From positions 1 to 27,545 of the IMG/VR virus record IMGVR_UViG_3300033050_000026: DNA of 27,545 bases; one strand, written 5' to 3'. This stretch comes from a virus. Its lineage: Duplodnaviria; Caudoviricetes. Positions 15,639 to 25,292 of the stretch are shown here, piece by piece. Position numbers and translations under genes: made by a program. Each line of letters opens with the position of its first letter. Position 1 is the first letter of the stretch. The notes below the pieces were generated by a model. It made no database searches. It was not told the origin of the DNA and was given only the letters and a program-made list of their open reading frames with translations.

Positions 15639-18297
15639 GGCTCTCCAGTGAGAAATTAAGACCAAGTGCCGTACAAGGTCTTGGCGCTTTCATCTCCAAA
15701 CATATCCTTGAATCTGCATCCCAGCCACCAGGGAATACTAACCTTTGCTCATCATAATCAGTAAACACCGTATCTTCTGGGATTTTTGCACCATCTCGGG
15801 TTAATGGAAGATTATCCAGCTTATCAAAACTAGGCCCATACTTTATGCCTTGGCAATGCGTGTTATAAAGAAGAAGGCCAACATGAGATATTCGCTTGCT
15901 TTTTGAAAAGCTTCTGCCAAGCTTTGTTGACATCCATTGACCTTTGTATCCCAGACCAATGCAATACTGTGAAATGGGCTCAGGAAGGACTATCTGTCCA
16001 CCAGAAACTACAGCCATCCCCAAGTCTTTTCCATCACCCCATATTACAACATCCTTACCCTCTAAATGTTCAAGACCAAAGGCTATCGATGTCGGAGCGC
16101 CATCATAGACAACAAAAGAGTCTGCCTGTCGGTTTATTGGCCCGCCCTGACACTGATCCTCAAAGGCCCATCGCTCCAAGTATCGTACCTCCTGCCCATC
16201 AATAATTCTCTTAACATGGTAATAGACAATATCCTCATTGTCTCCGGGATCACCAGGCAGAACGACAACATCCTCAACCTCACCATCAGTGATATATTCC
16301 TTCCAGCAATTCACCTCTTCGTGAGGATTGCTAACAAGAATCGCAGGAGAGCCGTTTGCTCTAATGCAGTGAATTCTAGTGTCTCTTTGTCTTTGAACAG
16401 CAATGTGGTTTATACCAGGGCTGCCAATATTTGGGTTTAACGCTGTAAGATCAACAGGGACATAATCAAGCCCTCCGCCAATAGCAAGCTCATACAGCCT
16501 AATTCCGCCACGCTGAACATAAATAGCCCTTCTATCTATCCTGATTGCCGCAACTTTTGCCGTCCCATTCGTCGCCACAACCTTAATGCTGCTATTAGTA
16601 TTAGATAATGGCTCATCAAATGATGATGATTTCAGTGAGAATTCGGAAAGATCAGCCCCCAAAAGTAGATGCTGAGTAGACAATATCCAATTCACAACCT
16701 CAACAGGCCCAGAACCAATTATTTTAGATATAGGCGCTGAGTCACCCTCAATTGATTCGTCAAAAGAGTTAAAGTTGTCGGACTCTGATGCAATAAACCT
16801 ATCTTGACCCGCCCACGATAACCTACCCTCAACAAGATCAACTGCTGTCGGCTGGCCACGAAAGTCAGACCAAACCCCCTCAGCCCAGTCATCAGTAGCC
16901 TCTATACCGCCTAAAGGTGAGAGAATATCAACCTTAGCCTCGACCTCACTAACAACCGCCGTGACCCTAACAAATCCATCTATAAAACCAACACTGTAAT
17001 CTAACCTAACCGAAGCAATGCCAGACGTGAATTCACCTGCCTTAGAACCTATCCTGTACCAAATAATTTGATTGTCTAAGCCATCGTTAAATGATCCGGA
17101 GCCTGTGGCTCCCAAGTTTATTCCCGGAGTATCAGTGTCTTGAAATGGCCCAAATTCTGACTCTATAGAAGATTGTAGTGTCAATGTTCCAACAAAAACA
17201 CTTAATGTTCGATTTATGGTGAAAGCTCTGCCTGTGCCGACACCTGACACCCTAATAGTGTCTGTGAACTCATTATCTGAGTTAATAACAGCCGTAACTC
17301 TCTGCCCTGATGATGTAATTCTGAATATTGCCCCTACATGGCCCTCTCTAAATAATGGCTGTGATGAAAAAATAGGCCGATTAGAACCAAATAGCCCCGC
17401 CACCTGTAATGTCGTAGGTGATACATTAGGAAGCCTCATAGGCCCATTGTCAGACAGATACTTGACAACAGACCACGACTCGTCACCCCTGCGCTCTATC
17501 CTGTACCCCTGATACCCCTCACAAGCAACCCAAGTCACATCAGCCGACGACGCACTCCTGATATTACGAAGGTCAACTGTCCTCCAAGGCGATGGGATAA
17601 CCATATCTCCTGCTGGCTCAATAGTGCATTCATCAACTATTGTTGTCCTCAGAGACATATTTGACATTTCGATATGAAAATTTACCGCCGGAGTAAAAGC
17701 CAGAGAATGATCGCCTTCGGTTAAAATAGCCTCTATATAGTCTCCCTCTCCAGCAGTAGACCCAACTTTGAATTGAACCTCCCCCTGCAAAACAACAACC
17801 TTCAATGCATGAACAACACCGGAAAGTCCGCCAATTGAAACTAGACGACTAACAGTAGATGATGTCCCACCCCCTCCAGTTTGATGCAAAGCATTATCAA
17901 CCCCAAATGTAAACGTTCCAGGTTCGTTACCCACAGACCAAGCTGTCAAACCATTGTTAAAATCTCCATTGAGTATATTTGCTGTTACAGCAGGTCTAAC
18001 CACCACGCTATCATCAACCCACACCCTAACAGACTCATCAGTAACCTCTATCAACGCCTTATTGACAAGAGACCTTACAAACGGTATATATTTGGCAGGA
18101 AGATTGTTCCTTGATGACCCAAGATACTGAGTCCCAGGCCTAAGCTGCATTGACCCAACTTCCCTCGCCACAACGTTAGTCATTACTTCGGCTGAGACCG
18201 CTATTCTGTCTATATCAAGACGGCCTAAAATCAAAGGCGATACCAGACCACGATTGAATGCCTGGATATACTCGTTGGTGATGTTACGTGCCACCAA
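15625..18297 (-). CDS. Tail tubular protein B / nozzle
   Basis: 890 aa; N-terminal FNRGLVSP..GR.D..GSMQLRPGT; beta-rich; follows tubular A. The start may be GTG 18294. Confidence 0.85.
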   Translation of the reverse strand: MVARNITNEYIQAFNRGLVSPLILGRLDIDRIAVSAEVMTNVVAREVGSMQLRPGTQYLGSSRNNLPAKYIPFVRSLVNKALIEVTDESVRVWVDDSVVVRPAVTANILNGDFNNGLTAWSVGNEPGTFTFGVDNALHQTGGGGTSSTVSRLVSIGGLSGVVHALKVVVLQGEVQFKVGSTAGEGDYIEAILTEGDHSLAFTPAVNFHIEMSNMSLRTTIVDECTIEPAGDMVIPSPWRTVDLRNIRSASSADVTWVACEGYQGYRIERRGDESWSVVKYLSDNGPMRLPNVSPTTLQVAGLFGSNRPIFSSQPLFREGHVGAIFRITSSGQRVTAVINSDNEFTDTIRVSGVGTGRAFTINRTLSVFVGTLTLQSSIESEFGPFQDTDTPGINLGATGSGSFNDGLDNQIIWYRIGSKAGEFTSGIASVRLDYSVGFIDGFVRVTAVVSEVEAKVDILSPLGGIEATDDWAEGVWSDFRGQPTAVDLVEGRLSWAGQDRFIASESDNFNSFDESIEGDSAPISKIIGSGPVEVVNWILSTQHLLLGADLSEFSLKSSSFDEPLSNTNSSIKVVATNGTAKVAAIRIDRRAIYVQRGGIRLYELAIGGGLDYVPVDLTALNPNIGSPGINHIAVQRQRDTRIHCIRANGSPAILVSNPHEEVNCWKEYITDGEVEDVVVLPGDPGDNEDIVYYHVKRIIDGQEVRYLERWAFEDQCQGGPINRQADSFVVYDGAPTSIAFGLEHLEGKDVVIWGDGKDLGMAVVSGGQIVLPEPISQYCIGLGYKGQWMSTKLGRSFSKSKRISHVGLLLYNTHCQGIKYGPSFDKLDNLPLTRDGAKIPEDTVFTDYDEQRLVFPGGWDADSRICLEMKAPRPCTALGLNFSLESHDRT

Positions 18298-18925
18298 TTA
18301 TCCCTCTAAGACTTCTGCTCTGACTGTTTCTCGATCCGCGTGAGACATTCCAACTACCCGGCGGAGGAAACTTGGTAGGATCTAACTTGGCATTACTGCT
18401 AAGTGCATCGTATTTGCACGATCTGAGTATCTCAACAACCTGACGCCTAATGTCTTTGTCGCTCGTTATCCTATTGCAAATTTTTGACGCAAGATACGCA
18501 GAAACATAATCAGCAAACGAAGGCGGCCAGACAGAAAGATTCATACCATGCTCTAACCCATCACTAACCCACCTTAAATAAATTGGATCAATTTCAGCGA
18601 ACAAATATCCGCTTTCATTGACAAAATCCAGCAAAGGCACCCTATGATACTCATCATTGCTTATTTGTACCGATGTCACGAAATCAGAAGGTATCTGAAA
18701 AACATACCGATAACCATCCTCGGTTTCTTGAGTCGGGTCTGAATCCAGCTTTGCTGCACGAGTAGCAAACTTCCACTCGCCCTCCTCAAGACATCGATTA
18801 ACCCCCTGATTGTCCCAAACAGTATCCAGCAATCGTCTAGGCTCTGACTCTTCCTCAAGAATTGCTAATGCTGCCTCGCCACAATATAAAAGAGCGTTAT
18901 TGTAAACACCCAGCTTCGTGGCCAT
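18284..18925 (-). CDS. Tail tubular protein A / adaptor
   Basis: YNNALLYCGE..WKFATR..Y.FQIPSDF..WPPSF...LAS pattern; expected size and position. Confidence 0.85.
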   Translation of the reverse strand: MATKLGVYNNALLYCGEAALAILEEESEPRRLLDTVWDNQGVNRCLEEGEWKFATRAAKLDSDPTQETEDGYRYVFQIPSDFVTSVQISNDEYHRVPLLDFVNESGYLFAEIDPIYLRWVSDGLEHGMNLSVWPPSFADYVSAYLASKICNRITSDKDIRRQVVEILRSCKYDALSSNAKLDPTKFPPPGSWNVSRGSRNSQSRSLRGIIGGT

Positions 18926-19323
18926 TACGCAGCCTCATACTCGTCGGCCCACGCCTCAGCCTCTACCTTGTTCATGCCCTCAGCTAAAACTTGGTCATTA
19001 CGCAACACTGACCACTTTTTCGGCCCTCTTAGCTTGACAATAAGACCGTCGAAAGTCCTTTCTTTCTCTTCCGCCAGATTGACTCGCTGCAAAACCTTCA
19101 CATGAGCATAATTTTTTCCAACAGTCGTAACGATAACATTCAAATAAAAGCTAAAATCATCGGGTATAATTTTTATCTCATCCCCTTCTACAAAATTCTT
19201 GGCACAGTAAGTCCAGAATTCCGGCTTTAATACATCCTCAATCGTAGTGCCAACCTCAACTCTGACAGCATGGTTTTGATTGTCTGAATATGCCTGTACT
19301 TTAATCCTATTCGATGGAAGCAT
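18925..19323 (-). CDS. Hypothetical protein in the head-tail region
   Basis: SD AGGAG; stop/start overlap with tubular A. Confidence 0.75.
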   Translation of the reverse strand: MLPSNRIKVQAYSDNQNHAVRVEVGTTIEDVLKPEFWTYCAKNFVEGDEIKIIPDDFSFYLNVIVTTVGKNYAHVKVLQRVNLAEEKERTFDGLIVKLRGPKKWSVLRNDQVLAEGMNKVEAEAWADEYEAA

Positions 19324-19335
19324 AAAAATTCTCCT

Positions 19336-19373
19336 AAAAAAAAGAGGCTCAGCTAAATAGCAAAAGCCCCCTC
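19336..19373 (-). terminator. Intrinsic terminator after the capsid and 86-aa genes
   Basis: Minus strand reads GGGGCTT-TTGCTATTTAGCT-GAGCCTC followed by T8. Confidence 0.75.
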
Positions 19374-19392
19374 AATTATAGCATTTACCTTA

Positions 19393-19653
19393 TTAGTTCG
19401 TCGAAGCAACCAAGGTAGCTGCGCCACCAGCACTAAGAGCGCTAATGTGCATGCTGTGAGACAAGTTTAATACACTGTCATAAACCTGCACAAAATCACC
19501 GACACGAAGACCAAGGTCAACTGCATCAGTAACATAGTCCGCCGCCAAAATGTCGGCAATCGCATCAGGACTGTTGTAACCCCACAAGGATGATGCAATA
19601 CCCCCAACACGATCAATCAAAAGTGTAGGGGGATTAGTGATTAAATAAGCCAT
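19393..19653 (-). CDS. Small putative capsid-associated/decoration protein
   Basis: SD TAGGAG; lies between the capsid gene and the terminator, so it is probably highly expressed. Confidence 0.65.
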   Translation of the reverse strand: MAYLITNPPTLLIDRVGGIASSLWGYNSPDAIADILAADYVTDAVDLGLRVGDFVQVYDSVLNLSHSMHISALSAGGAATLVASTN

Positions 19654-19662
19654 ATCAAACTC

Positions 19663-20511
19663 CTATGCTAAAGTATCGTGAGTGAATGGAATAACACCTT
19701 CGTCTTGCAAAAGCTTAGACCCCATAATCATTGAGCAACGAGCATAGGTATAACCTTGCTCTTCATCGTATCCAACAACATTTTCCATCCCGCTAACATT
19801 AGCCGCATGACCCATGGAACTTTTATGATACAAATATGATTGCTCGCTGTCTGTCCCCTGGCCAGGAAGACCTGGATGCTCAATAATTGTAGCGTTGCGC
19901 CATTTATAAACCGTCGGCATGTCACGCCAAGACATATCTTCACCCGCATAAGGCTGATGCTTAACGAAGTCAGCGCTTGCGAAAGCCCTGCTAGAATCCT
20001 GCTCTAATGCTGCCAAAAAACTAGGTTGACACAACATCGAGATGTATCCATCCCAAGGAACACTTTCATTAGTCAATCTAACGCGCCCCCGCTGAAACAT
20101 CGCCACACTCGCAACCTGACCTGCCCCACCAACTCCACCTGTCGCCGTACCAAGCTGAGCAATAATTAACTCATCAATTTTTCGGTTGATAACCGCAAGC
20201 GTATCTTCTTGCATGATCTGCTTTTGATTGCCTTGAGATGCAAATATATTAAAACCTGTCAGCGTGACAAGATCATTCCACTCCTCTAAAATTGCGGTGT
20301 TTTGCTCATTATCGTTGCCGCGCGGCTGAATCCTGCCAGTTATTCCACGCTTAGTAGCCGCAGCATTGCCAGACCCAGCAACTAAAAAGACGGCCTGATT
20401 GCCTTTGATTACCGCCTCTGTAGTAACAGTGCCAAGAAGAAGTGACTTGCGTTGCTCAAATTGAGCAATCCACTCATCACGATATTGTGTTTGAAAAGCT
20501 GAAAGAGCCAT
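19663..20511 (-). CDS. Major capsid protein
   Basis: FQTQYRDEW..FEQRKSLL..TV..AVINRKIDELII..GSKLLQDEGV; follows the scaffold; own promoter candidate and downstream terminator. Confidence 0.85.
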   Translation of the reverse strand: MALSAFQTQYRDEWIAQFEQRKSLLLGTVTTEAVIKGNQAVFLVAGSGNAAATKRGITGRIQPRGNDNEQNTAILEEWNDLVTLTGFNIFASQGNQKQIMQEDTLAVINRKIDELIIAQLGTATGGVGGAGQVASVAMFQRGRVRLTNESVPWDGYISMLCQPSFLAALEQDSSRAFASADFVKHQPYAGEDMSWRDMPTVYKWRNATIIEHPGLPGQGTDSEQSYLYHKSSMGHAANVSGMENVVGYDEEQGYTYARCSMIMGSKLLQDEGVIPFTHDTLA

Positions 20512-20620
20512 AAGTACGGTCTCCTATCTAATTAAAAGAAAATCTCTTAGACGGGGTAGCCGTTTGCAGTTAAGCAGGGTAGCCATAAGGGGCTGCATTG
20601 CCGGTCGCGGGGCCGTACTC
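20512..20620 (-). promoter_or_regulatory. Structured 5' leader of the capsid mRNA (candidate cis-regulatory RNA)
   Basis: Two nested stem-CCCC...GGCUACC-stem modules, plus AGUACGG/CCGUACU complementarity reaching the start codon. Confidence 0.6.
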
Positions 20621-20644
20621 TGACAAATATAATTGCCTGTTTCT

Positions 20645-20673
20645 ATTGTTTCACTATATCCAATAGCTGTCAA
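20645..20673 (-). promoter_or_regulatory. Sigma70-type promoter for the capsid gene
   Basis: TTGACA-17 nt-AACAAT with TG at the extended -10 position, immediately after the scaffold stop. Confidence 0.55.
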
Positions 20674-21570
20674 CTATAGCTCTCTGCTTTTAGCCGATAT
20701 AAGCTTAAGATATTTAGCCTGATTATCCGCTGCTTTCGGGCCTTTATAGTATTCAGAGTTTTTATTCCCCATTAAAGCCTTAAGATCATTGATCTGAGCA
20801 TCAATTGATCCGGACATATCAGTCGTGCCAGAAGGCACTAATCTTGCCGCTGGATTGATATCAATCGACATCTGAGCCATAAGACGAGCAAACCCTGCAT
20901 TCTCCTTAACAGAGTTTAAAATCGACTCCTTCAGGTCTGCCTGATCTTCGCCAAGCCTGGAATTTAGATCATTATTGATGGCTGTCAGATTACCCCGATA
21001 ATCAACCCCCCACTCAGTACGAAGCTCGTCCTCAGTATCTTGTATGCTTTGTAATTGAGAATTTCTAGCCTCTTCTGCAACCGCCAGATCATGCCCTTCG
21101 TGCCACTTGATTGCCTGGTCAACCTGCGCTTGAGTGTAATTGTTTTCATGAGCAACCTTAAGAAAATCATCAATCCTTGCTTGCTCTGGCTCACCAATAA
21201 CAACACCTTCCTTCGTGTTTACCTTATAATCAGCCGAAGATTCTGGCAATCCGGCTTCCTTTCGCCACGTAGCTTTTTCTTCATCCGAACCTTTATCAGG
21301 GAAAAGCTCAGTTAGCTCTCCCGATCTGATCTTCTGCTGCGCTTGATAACCAGCATTAAGCATTGATTTTTGATCTGTATAACGCTTTGCATAAGTTAGC
21401 TTCTTGTCATCACCGTCCGCATAATCCTCGCGCCAATTAGAAATAACCTCATCAGAAACAACCTCATCAGCCTTTACATCAGGCTCTACATCCGAACCTT
21501 TGTTTATCTCTTTATCATCTTTAATAATCCCATAACCACCCTCAGATGGAGCCTCTTCTTCATATCTCAT
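20674..21570 (-). CDS. Capsid scaffolding/assembly protein
   Basis: Acidic and helical; GLPESSADY, ELRTEWG.DY, C-terminal NSEYYKG; lies between portal and capsid. Confidence 0.8.
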   Translation of the reverse strand: MRYEEEAPSEGGYGIIKDDKEINKGSDVEPDVKADEVVSDEVISNWREDYADGDDKKLTYAKRYTDQKSMLNAGYQAQQKIRSGELTELFPDKGSDEEKATWRKEAGLPESSADYKVNTKEGVVIGEPEQARIDDFLKVAHENNYTQAQVDQAIKWHEGHDLAVAEEARNSQLQSIQDTEDELRTEWGVDYRGNLTAINNDLNSRLGEDQADLKESILNSVKENAGFARLMAQMSIDINPAARLVPSGTTDMSGSIDAQINDLKALMGNKNSEYYKGPKAADNQAKYLKLISAKSREL

Positions 21571-21815
21571 CTAACTTGCCTCTCTTTGTTAATATTAGTC
21601 TCTTTAACTATCTGCAAAGCCACCCATCGACGACCCTGAGAAAAAGCAGAATCATGGCTCGACTCACAATAAGTATCATCACCTGCGCCGCATGCCGTCA
21701 TAACCAACCACTGCATAAATATTGACTGTTGATTAGCATTAGCATTACCCGCATACATCGCCTTGATTGCCATGTTTACCGATACAGGAGCCCGAATGTA
21801 TGTATTAACCGACAA
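21567..21815 (-). CDS. Small conserved protein after the portal (Bbp19-like)
   Basis: SAFSQGRRWVALQI motif and position. Confidence 0.7.
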   Translation of the reverse strand: MSVNTYIRAPVSVNMAIKAMYAGNANANQQSIFMQWLVMTACGAGDDTYCESSHDSAFSQGRRWVALQIVKETNINKERQVR

Positions 21816-23379
21816 CCTTTACTCCTTGCTCAATTTGATCGAGAGCTTCTTGCCTCTCTATTTTCTGCTGCTGCTCTTTGACTTTTTGCTCAACAGTCTC
21901 ACGGCTATTAACCCAGGATGCCGGAGCGCCTAAACTTGCCAGCGCGTCTCTAAGACCGTTAATCGTGTCCGGCACAGCCAATGCACCAGGATCAAGCTCA
22001 GCCGCAGCGCGAATAAGCTCTCCAGATTGTATAAATATTTGACTCTTTTGTGCCTCAATCGAGTCATGCAGCGGAGACTCAAAAGTAAACTCAATTTCCC
22101 TTCCCTGCAAAGATTCGGGAATGTCAGCGCCGAAGGCTCCATTATCAATCAACAAATCAAACGTTGCACTACATAATCGCCCGTTATAGCTTGGCTCCAT
22201 TGGCGCAAATAAAGGTAATGCGCCGCGAATATACTCATCAACACGCTTAGAAACCTCGTAAGCTGTCATATCTCCATTATTAACCGGCAAAGTCAGCTTA
22301 TTAAGATAAAATGCTTGTGCCAACAAATCCCTGGCATCCCTTATCATCTCCATGCCATTAGGTATACCGCTATAATCTTGTGGTATAGGCCTGAGTGCCG
22401 AACCTAATCGCTCGTCATACTCCTCATTGAGCCAGCTAATACCACCCGCATAAATAGCAATATCACCAGAAACAGCCCCTTTAGTCGCAATAAGGGGCGG
22501 ATTTGTAGACTTCTCGCCAGCCTCAAGCAACGTATAAGTCATTGCCTGGATCATTCTTGCGTCAGCTAATGCTGTAATAGTTGATGGAGAATACGCATAC
22601 TGCGAATCACATGGCTTTTCCCACTGCGGAATTATGTACTCTCTTCTTCGCGTCGCAGTCTCTTCAATTAAATGACTGTTCTGCCTGTCATAATATATCG
22701 ATACAAACTGCATCTTCCCAGATTTAATGTCATAGATGTTTGATTCAACTTCTATGTGTAAGCAATCCACCCTTTCAAAGGGATGCTTATCAACCCGATC
22801 ACTGACTCTTGCGCTAACTTTGTCACCAAAGATTGTCACTAGATCACGATTCGTCGGCTTCCATTTCCGCGCGACAATTGCATGTTGCCCCTCCTCGTTT
22901 TCCGACCAGACTACATCACGCAAATGCCAAGATCGATACAACAAAGCATCTCGATTTTTATTCAATCGTACCGATAGTACCGCTTCACCAAATGCTGCAA
23001 AATCATTGTCTGCTTGCTTGGCAACCTGAGCAAGCATAGCCACAGGGTCATACATTATCTTGCGCTGAGTTTTTTCTGTAAACTCAAGAAATCGCTTGGA
23101 CTCATTATCAACCTTGTCTGAAAACTTTATCCCAGCTTTAAACCATTGCTTTGTTTCCGGCCTGAGCATAGACCCGATCTGATCCGCAAGCTCGCGTCTG
23201 ATTAAAATAGTATACGAAGTAGATAAATTGTCCGAAAACTCTTCGCCCATGATTCGAGTCCGAGTAAAATCTGCCCGTTGCGGATAAAAGTTCTCAGCAA
23301 TTTCTTGTCGCAATAAGTCTAATCTCAACTTATCCGAGTAGAGCTTATCAACCAGGCCGATTAGATGCTTAATATTCAT
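21805..23379 (-). CDS. Portal (head-to-tail connector), T7 gp8/BPP-1-like
   Basis: 524 aa; YAYSP...AL.D, PPL, MTAYEV..R..E, FESPL motifs. Confidence 0.92.
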   Translation of the reverse strand: MNIKHLIGLVDKLYSDKLRLDLLRQEIAENFYPQRADFTRTRIMGEEFSDNLSTSYTILIRRELADQIGSMLRPETKQWFKAGIKFSDKVDNESKRFLEFTEKTQRKIMYDPVAMLAQVAKQADNDFAAFGEAVLSVRLNKNRDALLYRSWHLRDVVWSENEEGQHAIVARKWKPTNRDLVTIFGDKVSARVSDRVDKHPFERVDCLHIEVESNIYDIKSGKMQFVSIYYDRQNSHLIEETATRRREYIIPQWEKPCDSQYAYSPSTITALADARMIQAMTYTLLEAGEKSTNPPLIATKGAVSGDIAIYAGGISWLNEEYDERLGSALRPIPQDYSGIPNGMEMIRDARDLLAQAFYLNKLTLPVNNGDMTAYEVSKRVDEYIRGALPLFAPMEPSYNGRLCSATFDLLIDNGAFGADIPESLQGREIEFTFESPLHDSIEAQKSQIFIQSGELIRAAAELDPGALAVPDTINGLRDALASLGAPASWVNSRETVEQKVKEQQQKIERQEALDQIEQGVKVVG

Positions 23380-23633
23380 TATCCCAGCTTAGTCGTCGGA
23401 GCTAAAACAGTGCTGCTACGTCCAGATCGTCGCTGAGACTGAGCAAAAGACCTACGCCTCGATGCCCTGACATTATCACCATCAGGCAAAGGTGCCGGAG
23501 TATTAGACTCTGCTGCAATTTCCGCAGCTCTGATCGACGCATCTTTGTTAGATCGTGCAGTCTTCTTAGCCGACAAAACTGTCGCTCCACCCCCAATAAT
23601 CGCCGATGCAATAGGTATTGCTGCTGCTGCCAT
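23379..23633 (-). CDS. Small virion-associated protein upstream of the portal
   Basis: Ala/Gly N-terminus, P.PLPD, RRSGRSSTVL...KLG C-terminus; tightly packed between terL and portal. Confidence 0.7.
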   Translation of the reverse strand: MAAAAIPIASAIIGGGATVLSAKKTARSNKDASIRAAEIAAESNTPAPLPDGDNVRASRRRSFAQSQRRSGRSSTVLAPTTKLG

Positions 23634-23634
23634 T

Positions 23635-25212
23635 TTATTTTCTCCTCGATATTGATTTTCGGTTGCGCCCAGTAATTACTTGCCCAGGCTCTTGCTGTTG
23701 TATCCAGCTTAGCGTGTGAGTCGACGCTCTCGAACCACCATACCATGCCATTACCACAGAATCGCTCAAATCAGTCGATGATCCTATACGCTTAATTAGC
23801 TTAGCTTTAGGCTCAAGTTTTATCACATTAAGATCATTATGATTATCATCAAATCGTATCGAGCATAACTGAGCTTTAAGCTTACGATCATCCGGCAATA
23901 TGATCTTAGCTCCGCCGGATTGATTCGGGTCTAGCGCCTCCATAAATACGTAATAAGCCGCTGTGCGAGTGTTATAAAATGGTATCTTGCTGTTTTTAGC
24001 CCGCTTTGTCGATTTTTCAGCACCTTTATATGCGACAGTCTCAATTCGATTGTCAGTTAAATGCTGATGTGTCGCACCGCCATAGCCACCACCCATGTCT
24101 AATATGATCGTTGACTGATCCCGCCTGTGCTTAAAGATTAGCGCGCTAACCTCAGCCCCGCCCGGCGTCTCAACACCCGGCACACTAATAAGATTGTCGT
24201 ACCATCCATCATATCGTATCGCTAATGATGTCGAGTCTGTACCACCTTGTGCGATGTCAACGCCAATGGCGCATTGAGGGACATCCTTAGGAGCTCCAGG
24301 CGTCCACAGAGACATTGACTTGCTTACCCAATCTGTCGGGATAAGCTGGAAACTGTGATCCCCCCTGCTCGCCTTAAATCCACCCATTAAGATTTTACGT
24401 AAATGTGCCGGAAGATTGTCTAGTTGCTTTTGATAACCAGTATCAGCATAAAAAGGATTGTCTTTAACTCCAGACGGGATATAAGTGCGTGACATCGATG
24501 TCGTTGTCCGACCGTCTATCTGATACTCGCCAGCACCTTTAACCTCGATATCTTTATCGTTATCGTCAGTGATAAACCATCTTAATTCCCCTGGCATCGC
24601 AGGATTAGCATTAAGATCATCAAGCCAGGGCGCAAACATATCGACAATCCAGTCTCCTTCGTCTGACAGCGCTGGATTTGTCCCCAGCATTATCCTGCAT
24701 CTTTGCTCTTGATCCGCAGACCGCACCCAGCCCATCAACAATCTAACTTGTGACCCGACAAACTGTGCAGCTTCGTCAATATACAAAAAATCATGCGCTC
24801 GGCCCATCCAAGATTGCTCATCCCCCACATATTGTGCTGCGCCAAACTCAATCAACCGACCATCTGTAGCCAACAATTTTGGCGGCGGCGAACCATTGAA
24901 TCCACTCCGCGTGCCATTAATTTCTATTGATCGATCCGTCAATCCGGATAAATCTGAGTACTTGCGACGCATAACAAGTGATCGCTTGTGTGCAGTAAGT
25001 GCTAATCCAAGCCCACAATCGCTCTTTCCCCCACCAGGCTCACCCCCGTACAAAACAACATCAGCTTTTGAATTGTATGCATCAGTTTGCGGCCCAGGGT
25101 TTGGAATCCAAACCATATCCTTCGTTGCCATTTCCGCTGTCGCAATGATCTGCGCTCGATCTTTAGCACTGACAGTGTCAAGCTGCTCGATTATCTCAGA
25201 CAGTAAAGACAT
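23635..25212 (-). CDS. terL: Terminase large subunit
   Basis: PNPGPQ Q-motif, Walker A GGEPGGGKS, Walker B LYIDE, GTNP coupling motif, nuclease GVDIAQGGTD and DLSDS. Confidence 0.95.
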   Translation of the reverse strand: MSLLSEIIEQLDTVSAKDRAQIIATAEMATKDMVWIPNPGPQTDAYNSKADVVLYGGEPGGGKSDCGLGLALTAHKRSLVMRRKYSDLSGLTDRSIEINGTRSGFNGSPPPKLLATDGRLIEFGAAQYVGDEQSWMGRAHDFLYIDEAAQFVGSQVRLLMGWVRSADQEQRCRIMLGTNPALSDEGDWIVDMFAPWLDDLNANPAMPGELRWFITDDNDKDIEVKGAGEYQIDGRTTTSMSRTYIPSGVKDNPFYADTGYQKQLDNLPAHLRKILMGGFKASRGDHSFQLIPTDWVSKSMSLWTPGAPKDVPQCAIGVDIAQGGTDSTSLAIRYDGWYDNLISVPGVETPGGAEVSALIFKHRRDQSTIILDMGGGYGGATHQHLTDNRIETVAYKGAEKSTKRAKNSKIPFYNTRTAAYYVFMEALDPNQSGGAKIILPDDRKLKAQLCSIRFDDNHNDLNVIKLEPKAKLIKRIGSSTDLSDSVVMAWYGGSRASTHTLSWIQQQEPGQVITGRNRKSISRRK

Positions 25213-25279
25213 CGTAAGACCAATTTAGCTTATTTAACGACAAATTAGTTAGGGAGTACCGGCCCGCAAATAATCGACC

Positions 25280-25292
25280 TAACCCATTGATT
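25280..25292 (-). promoter_or_regulatory. IHF consensus site
   Basis: Minus strand AATCAATGGGTTA is an exact match to WATCAANNNNTTR, within the terS-terL gap. Confidence 0.45.
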
